Assembly (NCBI RefSeq): GCF_001194135.2
Contig: NC_069001.1
Location: 20,718,231 to 20,765,497 of the forward strand
Direction: 5' to 3'
Length of the DNA stretch: 47,267 nt
Origin: Octopus bimaculoides
Taxonomy: Eukaryota
A program made the position numbers and the translations under genes. Of the stretch, positions 10,800 to 22,947 are shown in pieces (position 1 is the stretch's first letter; each line of letters starts with the position of its first letter). The notes beneath the pieces are model-generated. The model saw nothing but the letters and a program-made list of their open reading frames with translations, did no database searches and was not told where the DNA came from.

Positions 10800-13200
10800 T
10801 ACAAGAACTCAGTTTGTTAGAAGTGGGTGTGTCTTCTCAAGAACTGCACGCTGCCTGTCATATTGGTCCATTGTCATCTCCTCGATGCAGTTCAATATCT
10901 TGTGATCAACCTTCACCACTTCCTCCCATGCCTTCCTTAGTCTCTCTTTTCCACAAGTTCCATCTATATTGTGATCAGCACCTCTTTATGCTGTTGTTCT
11001 TATCCACATACATCACATGTCCATACCAATGCAGTCTTCCTCCAAGCATACTACATCTAATTCTTCTTATGCCCAGTTTTTCTCTTGGTAGATTTGTACG
11101 ATGTCATTCATGCACACATTGTCAAATGTCTCACTATCATAGAGCATCATACAATCTGTCCTTCACTCTGAGGGAAAGGACCTTTGTTATCAGTAGTGGT
11201 GTGTAGCTCCTAAAGTTTCTCCACCCCATTCTTATTCTTTCAAAGCAACTACCTCCCTTGTTACATCTCCTACATGACAAAACCTATCCACTTACTGCTT
11301 TGTGATCCATTTGGTCATTTAAGAGGAACTGTTTTTGGTGTGCTCATAGTACTTATTGCTCCAGTGCATCTATCACATATGAACATGTTAGTCTGCCTGT
11401 GATACTACATTTCCAAATGACTTTAGCATTTGGAGTTTATGCCTCTACTTTTCTGCATAATGAGCAAGGCCATTTCCTTCAAGGTACCAGGGTCCTGTCT
11501 TCTTTCCCGCTTACTAAAACCTTTGGTTTTGCTGCCAAAGCTGCAATTTACTCTCTAATTCCCTTACAAATTCAGGTATGAGAACTAGACCAATAGCATA
11601 TAGGAGTTCTCATGGAGCCAATCTTAAACACCTTTGAGCTAACCTGTAGAACTATGATAATGAGGTCTGACAACCGAACCTTGATGAACTCTTATTTTCA
11701 TGCTAAATCCATCATTGAAATCACTGTTGGCACTCACTTCATCTTTGTACAGACCTTACAAGCCATTCATCTACACCAAGTTTCCTTAGTGATCACTAAA
11801 TTACTGAGTGTGATACTCTGTCGAATATATTCTTGAAATCAATGAAGGCTAAGAATAGCAGTATATTCTTAGCTAAATATTTCTTCTCCCAAAGAAGATT
11901 GCATTTGTGGGGCCTCTTGCAGTGGCAAAACGAAATCGCATCTCATCTAGGTCTACTCTGCTGTAGATTGATTGTACTATGACTTCCTTTGTGACTTTCA
12001 TAAACCTGATCTAATAGTTTGATTCCTCTATAGTTGCTTCTCTCTAGAGCACCTTATTTCTCTTTGTAGCATTTTACAATGATACTTCTTTACCAGTCAT
12101 TAGTTATGACACCTTCCTATATGACCTGATTAACTATCTGGGTGGTAATCAGGTATCTTACCTCACCATGAGTATCTGTGTTACAGGTATCTAAATCTTC
12201 CTCCCTGCAGTTATATGCATCAATTAGAATTTCTTAAAATCTGTTCCAAATTGCAGTATCTTATAGTTTCAGATTTTCCTTTTCCATTCTGTCTCTTGTT
12301 TCTGTATCTGTCTGGCCACTGATCTATATTGTTGCCACTGATCTATATTGTAGCCACTGATCTATATTGTATAGCACATTCTTTACCAGGAAAGTTTTTG
12401 TATTTACTGTAGTCCTTTTGCCCATTTCCTGATGGAATGTAATCTATCCAACTTGTGTGAACACTAAATAAGTTGGTGATGAACTTTTTTAGCTGATTTC
12501 CTAATATATGTTTTGCAAGTTGTTAAATCATTTGCATCACTGAACTCTCCATATATTCTCCTCATTTCTTGAACCATAACTGTATCCTCTGTGTATATCA
12601 CAGAAGTCCAGTGTGTTGGACATGTCTGTTGAAGATGCCAGCCATAATAATGTGGCCACACTCAGTTGTCATAGAGGTAATCTGCAGAAGGGTCTCATAG
12701 AAGTGGTCTTTCTATTCTTCTGGTAGTCTTGTCTGTGGGGCTTTTGCCGAGATATATATTTCTTTTGAAGTACCTATAATTAGTCTAAACTTAATTATCA
12801 TATTGTACATCTTGATCACCTCAGTCACCTTCTGTAAACATTTTTCAGCTAACAATATGTCTACTCCACACTTGTCATTATTACTTACCTAGAAGAATTT
12901 GTACTGCTATCTCTTGCCCATGAGAAGTTTGGTCAACGATCCCTTCCATCTTGCACACAGCACCTCATCTCTGCTCTAGCATCCCCACAATTTTACCAGA
13001 CCTAACTTTCATTGTGCTTATGTTAAGGTTGCTGCTCTAAAGTTTTCAAACTCAGTGGAGGTGGAGGTGCCTTCAGTGGTAAAGCTGCTTGGTTGTTGGT
13101 CTGACAGCGTCTGCACCTGGAAAAAATAAGAGAATTTGGACCATGCTTTGCTAGTAATTGGTAGATTTACATGCTTGATTGCTTTTTCCCCTTTCATTAA
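10800..13200 (-). mobile_element. Near full-length but degenerate RTE-clade LINE (APE endonuclease + RT)
   Basis: APE motifs GVDILLAEK, SAKAPQ, KDHFYETL and IMAGIFNRHV near 12600-12870; C-terminal PLLITKVLSLRVKDRLYDA near 11140-11200; many stops. Confidence 0.8.
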
Positions 13201-13959
13201 ATTTGCCATTATTCATTCGTCAACACTTATAGGTACCATTCAAAATATGAATAAATATATAGTTATTTCTTATGTTATTAAGAGTACTGTTGTTAGATGT
13301 TTGCTGTGATTTTTTTTGTTATTGTTATTATTACTTTCACTGGCAGTTCCCTGGTGTAGGTATAGCACTGTATAGAAATGAATTAGCTACTGGGATGCAG
13401 AGGGAGAGCACAGGCTGTCACGGAAAGTAGGAAGTGAGAGAGATAAAGACTTTTGGGTTAGGGTGGGTGCATTGTGAACAAGTCTTAAGTTACATGAGAA
13501 AGAAGAAAAAATATATTAAACAGAAGCTGGAAAAGAACAAAAGGTCTTAAAGGGGGTAATTTAACATTATGATAATAATAATAATAGTAATAATATTGTT
13601 GAATAAATGAATTGTTGGAGGACTTAGAAGAGAGAAAAGAACTAAAGATCTGCTTATCTTATCTTATCATATCATGTATCTGCCTGACAGGAATTGCTGA
13701 AGTAAAATAAAAATATGCACATGTAGAATACACTCACACAGAGGGTATGGATAAAGTGAAGCCTGAAGGTGAGACTAACAGAAGCAAAGAGATTTCATTT
13801 GAGAAGTGATCCTCTGAATTTCATTAGAGAAACATAAAAGAATGTTTTAAAAACAGAAGCTGGAAAGGGAAGAGGGAAAAATGAAACATTGCAAAAAGAA
13901 GGAATTTAATATAACGACAACAATAATTATAATGGTTTCAAATTTTAGCATATGGCCAA

Positions 13960-14579
13960 CAGCTATTGAGGAGAAGGGAAGTCATTTACATCAAACCCAC
14001 TACTTGTCTGGTACTTATTTTATTGTCCCCGAAAGGATGAAAGCTAAGTCAACCTTAGCAGAATTTGAACTCAGAATATAAAGCTGGATGAGATGCTGCT
14101 AAGCATTTTTGCCAGTTTGCTGCTTTAATGATAATAATAATAATAATAATAATAATTTTTGCTATTGGCACAAGGCCCGAAATTTTGAGGCAGGTTGATT
14201 ACATCAATCCCAGTGACCCTGAAAGGATGAGAGGCAAAGTTTATCTTGACAGAATTTGAACTCAGAATATAAATGTTTAGTGAAATACCACTAAACATTT
14301 TGCCTGGTGTGCTAACTATTCTGGCTGCTTGGGACTAGTCGATTACATCGACCCCAGTGTTTCACTGGTACTTAATTTATCAACTCCGAAAGGATGAAAG
14401 GCAAAGTCGACCACAGCGGAATTTGAACTCAGAACATACTGACAGGCAAAATACCACTAAGCATTTTGCCCGGCATGCTAACATTTCGGCCAGCTTGCTG
14501 CCTTCACCTTTACATTAATTTGAACTCAGAATATAAAGATGGATGAGATGCTACTAATCATTTTTGCCAGTTTGCTGCT

Positions 14580-14617
<38 letters not shown>

Positions 14618-14712
14618 TCTTGCTATTAGTACAAGACCCGAAATTCTGAGGCAGGGTGGCTTGTTGATTACATCAATCCCAGTAACCCTGAAAGGATGAG
14701 AGGTAAAGTTTA
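13960..14712 (-). mobile_element. Cluster of about five OK-like tRNA SINE copies/fragments with (TAA)n tracts
   Basis: Repeated CCCGAAAGGATGAAAGGCAAAGTCGAC...GAATTTGAACTCAGAA (reverse complement of box B TTCTGAGTTCAAATTC). The best copy is 14330-14505. Confidence 0.85.
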
Positions 14713-14714
14713 CC

Positions 14715-15100
14715 ATAATGGCTCAAAAATATTTCTCAATATACAGTTAGATATGACCATTTTTACTGACTGCGTAGAAAATAGAACTTCAGCATGAATA
14801 ACAAAAGGAAGGATAATGCTGATACAGGACAAAATAAAGTGGGGAAATGAGCAATTATAGACCCATTGCTTGTTTACCATTACTCTGGAAACTTTTAACT
14901 GGTTGCATAGCAGATGTATATAATTTTCTGAAAATGGACAATCTATTGCCAGAGGGGCAAAAAGGATTTCGGAAGAAATCAAGGGGATTGCTGATCTGCT
15001 ATATATAGATAGCAGAATGTTAAATGAGGTACAAACAAGGAAGAAGAATTTAGCTGTTGGATGGCTCGATTACAGGAAAGTCCCACACAGCTAGCTGTTA
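14715..15100 (+). mobile_element. R4/Dong-like non-LTR retrotransposon RT fragment
   Basis: ITKGRIMLIQDK, SNYRPIACLPLLWKLLTG, LLPEGQKGFRKKSRG, DLLYID and RKKNLAVGWLDYRKVPHS. Confidence 0.75.
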
Positions 15101-15104
15101 GTGT

Positions 15105-15240
15105 TTTCACACCCATGTGGTTCCAGTTTTAGTTTCACTATGAAACACATTGAGCAAGTGCCTTTATTCTTTGGCTAACCAATGCTTTGTGCTTGAAATT
15201 GGTGGTAGGCAGTAACTGTGTGGAAGCCTTTCATTTATCA
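15105..15240 (+). mobile_element. Degenerate CORE-type (OR1-like) SINE fragment
   Basis: CCCATGTGGTTCCAGTTTTAGTTTCACT...TTGAGCAAGTGCCTT...CCAATGCTTTGTG resembles 22555-22650. Confidence 0.5.
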
Positions 15241-15569
15241 ATATATATTTTATACACACATCAAAAATTACTATTGAAGATTGTGTAAGCATATGGTGCT
15301 TGTGCAATAGTACTTTAACATCTCAAAGAATCTGTATAAAAAATCTTTTTCTGCTGAGTCAGAACAGATATTTGTCAATACTGACCTGTCTGGTTTGTAA
15401 CCTCTCAACTGTTCTCTTCCAGTTGACTTTGTGATTAGGGCAGTAACCAATGAAAGTACTGTATGTTTGCAATGGGAATACATGTAAAAGCTTTGTGAGC
15501 CAGTCCTTGCTTATTGCATTGCACTACTGGTAGATCTCTAACTTTTTTCCTTCTTCTGAGCCCTCCAGT

Positions 15570-16215
15570 AATTAACTACAATGCTCAAAGAACATGCAGG
15601 TTAGCTTGCACCAAGACTAAGATGATGCAAGTAAGTACTACAGCCCAATCTTCCATCTTCATCGAATGGCTGGTTGTGGAAGATGTAAACAGCTTCCCCT
15701 ATCTGAGTAGTGTGATCTGTAGTAACATAGAAGCATAGAAAATGACGTGAACACCAGGCTTAGCAAAATAGGTGCTGTTCTCCAACATTTGCAAAAAGAA
15801 TCTGGATAACAACAAGCATCAGTAATGACATGAAGGGCCAGCTATTAACTACAATAGTTCTGACAATGGTTTTGTATGGTAGCTAACATTAAGAATGTCA
15901 GTGAAGGTAGCAAAGAAGGAAGACACATTCCATTAATAATGTATGTTTCCTCCAAATTATCTTGTCAGATAGAACTACAAATGAGAACATCTCAGTGAAA
16001 CAAATCCTAGCCAATTCAAAACATTGTAGTGTTGCATCAGTTTTATTTGGCAAGTTACATTTTGCATCTGACAATCACTTGTATGCAAAGTCTACAATAA
16101 TCTGGACACCGGAAGAAGGAAACTAGGAAAAGGGCCAACCCCCAAACAATTGGCACTGGACATAAATTTTGAGAACATGTTGGACAAGTGCATGAAAAAC
16201 TGTTACAGATCTACC
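15570..16215 (+). mobile_element. Degenerate RTE-clade LINE 3' fragment
   Basis: KTKMMQV, VEDVNSFPYLSSVI, NDVNTRLSK, VLYGS and WTPEEG motifs. Confidence 0.7.
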
Positions 16216-16378
16216 ACACTGGAGGTAGCTCACTGCCTTTTCCTTCTTATAATGCAAGAGGACTTGAGTCTGTGTGTGTTTGAGTTTTCAATATTGCTAA
16301 GTGCAATAGTTGGGTTGAAACCATCAGGAACATTGTTCTATCCAGTTATATATTCATAAAAGAATATTTTTTCATATA

Positions 16379-16720
16379 TCATTCATCATCATCATCCTTG
16401 TCATTTAACATTCGTTCTCCATGCTGGCATGGGTTAGTTGGTTTGACAGAAGTTGGCCAGCTGGAGAGCTACTTGGGCTTCATTTGTCTGTTTTGGTCAA
16501 TAAATCTTCATTTGTCTGTTTCTACAGCCACTTTACAGAGTGTGTTGGGTGTTTTAACATGGCACTGGCTTGGGTACTTTTATGTTGCACCATCACAGGT
16601 ACTTTTACACAACACCGTCTTGGGCACTTTTACATTGCACCAGCATGGGGGCTTTTGTGTGGCACTGGTACGGGTGCTTTTATGTGACACAACATCCACA
16701 AACCTCTTGGCTGATAGAGG
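16379..16720 (-). mobile_element. SINE with RTE-like (ATG)n tail and internal ~21-bp degenerate repeats
   Basis: (CAT)n followed by TTTAACATTCGTTCTCCATGCTGGCATGGGTT; same family as 39126 and 44100. Confidence 0.65.
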
Positions 16721-16840
16721 GATGTAGAGGACTATCTCTTCATATAAGCCAAGACATTTTATTTATGCAAGATTTATTGACCAAAAATCTTTTGTAACCC
16801 TTTATATCTTACTTTCAGAAAAGACTTGAATATTCTAATA

Positions 16841-17420
16841 TTTGGATCTTTTTTAAAACGGGGGCCACATTTTTCATTAACGAAACACTTTGAAACTTGG
16901 AACACTGGTAGAATGTGTCATATAAAACATCTTTTTCTCTTAGTCTTCTTAAAAAAAAAAGAAATCCCTAAGTTATTCCATGTTAAAGTTGTTGTATTTC
17001 TGTAATTTCAACCAATCACTGACGTCCATTCAGCCGATATACATTAAGTGCCGACTACATAAACAAACGATTCTGAAACAATTCTATCGGTGATAGGGTT
17101 AAGGGTAAAACAACAAATTTAAAAAGAAAAAAGCAAATAAAACGAAGAAAAAAAAAAGAAAATGAAAAAAGCAAATAAAACGAAGCTATGGCTTAATCAG
17201 CCAAAGGAGTAAATGTAAACAACTGAATACTTGTCAGTGATTGGTTGAAATTATTGAAATAAGACAATTTTTTACATGAAATAAATTCGAATACAAAAAT
17301 ATTTTTCTGTTCTATAACACAAAATAGATAAGTATACGAAGTTTGAAAGTCTTTCGGTACCAAAAACACTACGTAAAACATTAATGAAAAATGTGGCCCC
17401 CGTTTTAAAAAAGATCCAAA
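16841..17420. mobile_element. MITE with ~40-bp TIRs, TA flanks and a second internal inverted repeat
   Basis: TTTGGATCTTTTTTAAAACGGGGGCCACATTTTTCATTAA is mirrored by TTAATGAAAAATGTGGCCCCCGTTTTAAAAAAGATCCAAA. TA lies at 16839-16840 and 17421-17422. Internal AATTTCAACCAATCACTGAC pairs with GTCAGTGATTGGTTGAAATT. Confidence 0.88.
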
Positions 17421-18084
17421 TATTTTCCTTTCTGTTAGACACTGTCATTAAATAGACACTTCCAATTCTACTCCATTCACCAGAACAAATAAGTGTTTTT
17501 CTTAGGTTTTGTAATATGCAGATGGAATTTCACATATTCTAATACTCTACATTAAATCAGTTCAATAACATGTCCTGGTACTCAAAGGAAAAACTTATTT
17601 CTGATGTATTTTACCAATGAAAAGATTTTGAGGCATCGCAATACCTACCCATTCTTCCTGAATGATAAAACGCGTTCTGTTTTTGATCATTTTTCACATC
17701 TCTATATTTTCATATACATCTTGTGAAGAAATGGGAGAAGGTGCTTGTTACAGTGGTAGTAACAGTAAAGACACAAACAGGGAGTGGGGAAGTAACAACA
17801 AGCGGTCATAACAAATAAATAATTAGACTTGTTACAGATCAGCTCAATCTGAACAACTACCATGCCAACAACTGTGGCAACGTCACCAGCACCACCCATG
17901 ACAACAACAGCTACTACGCAAACAGCAGTGCCAGTAGCTGCAGCAGCAGCGAGAGAAGGAATTACAGCAACAGCAATAAACACAAATATTTCATGCCGCC
18001 CCCCCCCCCACTCCTGCCTTCATGTTAACACTTGGGATATTACATTCTAGCATTGTCATCACATCACCACACCCTTTGTAACCT

Positions 18085-18330
18085 TTGCCTCCTCCTCTTC
18101 CTCCCTTTTCTCCCTCCCTTTTCTCCCTCCCTTTTCTCCCTCTCCTCTCTCTTTTCTCTTCCTCTTCTCCCTCTCCTTCCTCCTCTTCAGCTCCCTCCCT
18201 CTTCCTCCCTTTTCTCCCTCCCTTTTTCTCCCTCTCCTCTCTCTTTTCTCTTCCTCTTGTACCTCTCCTTCCTCTTCCTCCTCACCCTCTCCTGCCTCTT
18301 CCTCGCCCTCTCATCTCCTCCCCCTGCTAC
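18085..18330. repeat. Polypyrimidine (CT-rich) low-complexity tract with internal duplication
   Basis: Direct reading; TTTTCTCCCTCCCTTTT..CTCCCTCTCCTCTCTCTTTTCTCTTCCTCTT occurs twice. Confidence 0.9.
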
Positions 18331-18449
18331 TACTGCTGCATTATTATTGTTCATATGATTACTACTGGTATTTGTATTTTTAATATAATCTTCATTTTTC
18401 TTTTCTTTGGTTGGTAGGCTTACTTCATGGTGCATATTTTAGCATCACC

Positions 18450-21135
18450 ATGTGACCCATGGGTACCTTTAACAGAGATTGCTCTTTTGCAGGCAGTCTA
18501 CCCAGGCTTCCAGCTGGTTTAACCTGATCTGTGCCTGCATAATCACCTTCTACACTTCCCTATGACTCCAAAAAATACAACTAAACCTAGATCCCAAATC
18601 TTACTTTTTATTCCCACACATCACCACTTACTCACTTGCAAACCATATAGCTTCTTCTGATCCAAGACACAAATTTCTCAGCCCTTATCTACAATCCACC
18701 TTCACTATCTAAACTACACTCTCTAATCAAACTTCATTCCAGAAGGTAGTGTCTCTCAGCTATTCTCACTCAAGGTCTCCTTCTCCCATCCTCTCAAATA
18801 CATCTGCTCTTTACCACTTTCTGAACTCCTTGAACCATCAGCAACTATTTGACCACATCTCCTCCTACATTGAAAGCATATATATCACTTTACCCATCTT
18901 CTAAGTTCTCTCACAACACTTTGTAACCCTCATAGTCAGCTCATGCTTATAGTTGCAGAAGCCAAGTCTTTTTGCAATTCTCATTCCTCTACATTTACAT
19001 GCATCTCAGATCAACTCACAGACACCCCAGACACTTTAGATCTCTTCCTCCCCTGAAAATCTTTTACCAAACCTTAACTGTCTCTGCACCTATTAAGGTC
19101 ATCTGACAGCAATGACTTCATTGCAACCAACCAACACATAATCACATACTACATAGTACCTGCTTCCTCCCAAGTCAGCTGACCAGTCAGAGCTCCACCA
19201 GTTTCATGTCAGTTATCTGGCAGTACAGGCAAAACATGTCCAACTGAAACAGCTGACTGAAAGTATTCTTTTCTACTCTAGTCACAAGGCCCAAAATTTT
19301 GGAGGAGGGGGGGGGGGCAGCCGATTAGATTGACCTCAGTATGCAGTTGCATACTAGAGTCGATCTAATCAACTGACCCTCTGCTTAATTTATCGACCCC
19401 GAAAGGATAAAAAGCAAAGTCAACTTTGGCGGAATTTGAACTCAGAACGTAAAGACAGACGAAATACCAGGAAGCATTTTGTCTGACATGCTAACGATTC
19501 TGCCAGCTTGCTGCCTTATTTGAACGAACATATTGGCCAACTCAGTATATGTATGTGTATACATACATATATATATGTGCAAGCACTCAATGTTTTAAGT
19601 GGATTACTCATTGCTGTGCTACTGTGGTTCAGGCAAAAGACAAGACTTGTAATGTCTGGAGAATCTCACCATCCTCAAGAAACTAGGTGGTGTTTACCCA
19701 GCAGTGTAACTCTTGCAAGACCACTCTCTGGACTTCAAAAAATGCCTCTGTAAATTGCAAGGTCTTCAGGCTTTTCCTACCTCTCTAACTGCTGCCAATT
19801 CTCCTGGTCTGTTATCAAAATAATCTCCGCCAACTTTGCTAAGTCCTCTTTTCATCCACTTTTCATCGAAAATGGTTTCTGGAACAGTACCCGACTGGAG
19901 AAAGTTTCCAACTTTGCATGTTTTGCTCCACAATACACATCATTGGCCAGTCTCCTCTGAACTCATCCTCTTCCACCTCACCAGGCTCCCTACCTTGCAC
20001 ATACACATTGAATAGAAAAATACTTCCTACCGCTTCAAACTGATAAATCTATTGGCCCTGATTGTATCTCTTCCATTATACTCAAGCATTATACTCCAGA
20101 ACTTGCCTCTGTACTCAACAAATTTTTCATTCTCTTATTTCCTGTGGTGACAATATTGATGAAGCTCTTTCTACCCAACTCCTATTCAGCTCTGGTGTGC
20201 TTCAGGACTTAGATGTGTTTTTCACTCACATCTTTACATCTTTCTGTCACATTCAACAATGCCCACTCTTATGCTAACAACATCACTTGTTGTTTCTTCC
20301 CACTTTTTCTGATCATCATCCGAACACAGCCTAGCCACCATACTGCAAGCATGCACTAATTTCATAAGTGGAGATCTTGAGAAAACTCTTCAGTAGAATA
20401 AAGTTAACTATGTAGGTTTTTTCTTTTTCCTAACAGAAAAAGTACTTAGGCATTTCTCATATCAAGAAAGCAGCACTGCACTACATCCCTTTTAAACATG
20501 AAAGGCACCCAGCTAGAGCCCTCATAGATGTTTCTATTATAAAGCCTCTTTGTCACTGAGGGTTTATCCTGACAAAAGCAACTCCTTAACATAGCAAAGG
20601 ACTGCACTCCAAAGGGTCAGAAAATATTTCAGTAACATTTCAGTATGCCACAATGGAGTATCATTCTCACATTTAGGATGGTGCTGTTGCTACACACATT
20701 GACATCCTGGCCCTCAGCTAGAGAAAGGCCATTTGTTATAAGTTCACTCATAGACACCTCTCTTTGCTTTTCTACTGTTATTATAATGGTCTTTTGTTTT
20801 TGAACTGGCTGGTCTAGTATCTCCTCAACTCAAGTGCTCCTAACCCACTTGCCCCAACTTCAGAGCCTCACAGTTATTGAATCCCTCCTGGCAAAAGCAT
20901 TGTCCTTTTTGTGCCCACTTTTATCAAACCCTGCACCTAGCACAATTCCCAGTCCTTCCTTTTCAGAAAATTGGTTCATTGGCTCTCCAGAATCTCTTCC
21001 CTGCTCATATCTGTCCTGCAGGTGTCAACTTAGAATTATTTAAATGGAACATTAATGGCATCAATCTCAGTGGTTTCAGAGGGCCTGCAAAGGCTATGGG
21101 CACTGCTCTTTCCTCCAGACCTAGCAAGTAAAATG
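18450..21135 (+). mobile_element. Old CR1-like (Zenon-type) LINE, highly degenerate, interrupted by a SINE
   Basis: Residual motifs LDLFL, PDCISSIILKHYTPELASVLNKFF, MEYHSHI*DGA and FYCYYNG. Boundaries are approximate. Confidence 0.6.
19275..19520 (-). mobile_element. OK-like tRNA SINE with an internal inverted duplication
   Basis: Reverse complement of head GGCAGCAAGCTGGCAGAATCGTTAGC...TTCTGAGTTCAAATTCCGCC; extra hairpin at 19318-19375. Confidence 0.85.
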
Positions 21136-22129
21136 GCAAAATTCTATTTAAGTGTATGTGTGATAGTGACACTCTTTGGAGCTGTGTGTTTGTGAAGATG
21201 TTATGAGAGTAATATGGAGGGTGTGTGCATGTGTGTGTAGAAAGATGATGTGTTAGTATGTATATATTTTGTAGTATGTATATATGTGAGATGTATATAT
21301 GTTAAAAAAAAAAGTGGGTAGCGATTGAGTCCATGGAAAGTGAACATTTGAAGGGAGAAGATAGGTTTTCTTTTGTTCACTTAACAATCGCTTCTTTAAA
21401 AAAAAAAGGGCTTTGGTGATGAAGATTAAGTGTTTATAATGTTCTCTAATGTTCTATTTTGTCTGCAGTTGTGATTTCAAACTCTCAAGTTGAGTAAAGG
21501 TGTAGAAAATATTCAGAGCCAGATGAGAATTTTAAAAAACTTTTTCTTTTTATATTTTCATTATAAAATTCAATATTTTAATTTTTAATGTTAATTTTCA
21601 TTTTTATATTTGAACCCGCAAATTTTGTTTGGCCATTTATTTGTTCTTGATACACGGGCAACTTCAGAACTAATATTTCATTCTATTCATTTATATGCTC
21701 TACTAGCTTCGTATTATATATTAGGCACAGTATACAGTGTTGTCCAGAAAGTCAACTACTGACCGGTTGCTCACATTTTCAATACCTCAAAGATGAAAGT
21801 TCATCTTCAGTGACCACATGTTCATAAAAATGTTCCCTTAAAAGATGCATTAGTGGAACTCCATAATATGGCCTAATGCTATGTTATTGCTAATAATATT
21901 AATTTGGGCAGCATTTGCACTGCTATGGGGATGTGTATTTAACAAATCTATAATTTATATAATTTGAGATTTAACTGAAGCCTAGTAGGACCTATAAACA
22001 CTTTCTACCTGAGCACTGCAGTCTTAAGCCAGTGATACACTGTTGACCTAATCTTAGTATGTAACAGTGTACTACTAACTTTCTGAAGCCTTTTTCCCGA
22101 GCAGTGATGTTTATCTGTCTGTTTGTCAG

Positions 22130-22282
22130 GTGAAACCCATTGCTATGTACTCGCACAAAATCAAGAAACATCACAAGAAAAGCAGCAGCAGCAGCAGCAG
22201 TAGCAGCAGCAGCAGCTCTGATGATGAATTCAAGCACCTGCCAAAGCATGAGCGTAAAATGCGGAAGAAAATGAAAAAAAAA
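22130..22282 (+). CDS. Host-gene exon A (probable start ATG 22145): MYSHKIKKHHKKSSSSSSSSSSSSSDDEFKHLPKHERKMRKKMKKK
   Basis: Acceptor ttatctgtctgtttgtcAG, a 153-nt open frame, poly-Ser encoded by mixed AGC/AGT/TCT codons and donor AAA|GTAATT in phase 0, compatible with the next exon. Below the ORF-track length cutoff. Confidence 0.72.
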
Positions 22283-22519
22283 GTAATTATCAAATAGACT
22301 TGATACTGATAATTCCAAAATAAATCATAATAATGGTGACCATAATCTAATTTTGATTCAGAAAGAGAGAGGTGGGAGAGAGAAAGAGGAGGTGGACAAA
22401 GAAAGTGAGAGGGTTTATGGCATCAATCTAAGTATATTAATCGTATTTATTTTAGTGATACCCAGAGAGGGATGAAAGGTGAAGTTAATTTCATATATTC
22501 AAATTCAGAATATAAGTGC

Positions 22520-22912
22520 AGGCATAGCTGTGCAGTAAGAAGTTTGCTTCCCAGCCATATGGTTCTTTGTTCAGTTCTATTGTGTGGCCCCTTAGGCAAG
22601 TGTCTTCTGCTGCAGCCCGAAGCTGACCAAAGCCTTGTGAGTGGATTTGGTACACAGAAATTGAAAGAAGCTTGTTTTCTATATACAGGGTTGGCCAAAA
22701 GTGCCCCAACAGTAAATCAAAATTTTATAAATACTATCTGTAATCCTGTATTGACTCAAATGGAAAAATGTGTCGCTCAAGAAGGACTTCAGTTTGAACA
22801 ATTTTCATGATGTTTCATATTTAGATGTTTTTATTAAATTCGTTCACTTGTTAAACATAAATCTTGGAATTAAATGGTTTTGATTTACTGTCAGGGGACT
22901 TTTGGGCAACCC

Positions 22913-22947
<35 letters not shown>

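Noticed and set aside
12315-12371. 3 x 19-bp repeat GCCACTGATCTATATTGT(T/A); also a 4-copy TTATTATCAAAGAATG motif at 5463-5700
   Set aside because: Simple slippage or minisatellite repeats with no unique spacers; not CRISPR-like.
17860-18050. Thr/Ala-rich ORF MPTTVATSPAPP... as a possible upstream exon
   Set aside because: Degenerate CAA/CAG/CAC microsatellite with no convincing flanking splice sites.
21416-21500. C box (GTGATGA) suggesting a C/D snoRNA
   Set aside because: No D box (CTGA) or terminal stem at a suitable distance.
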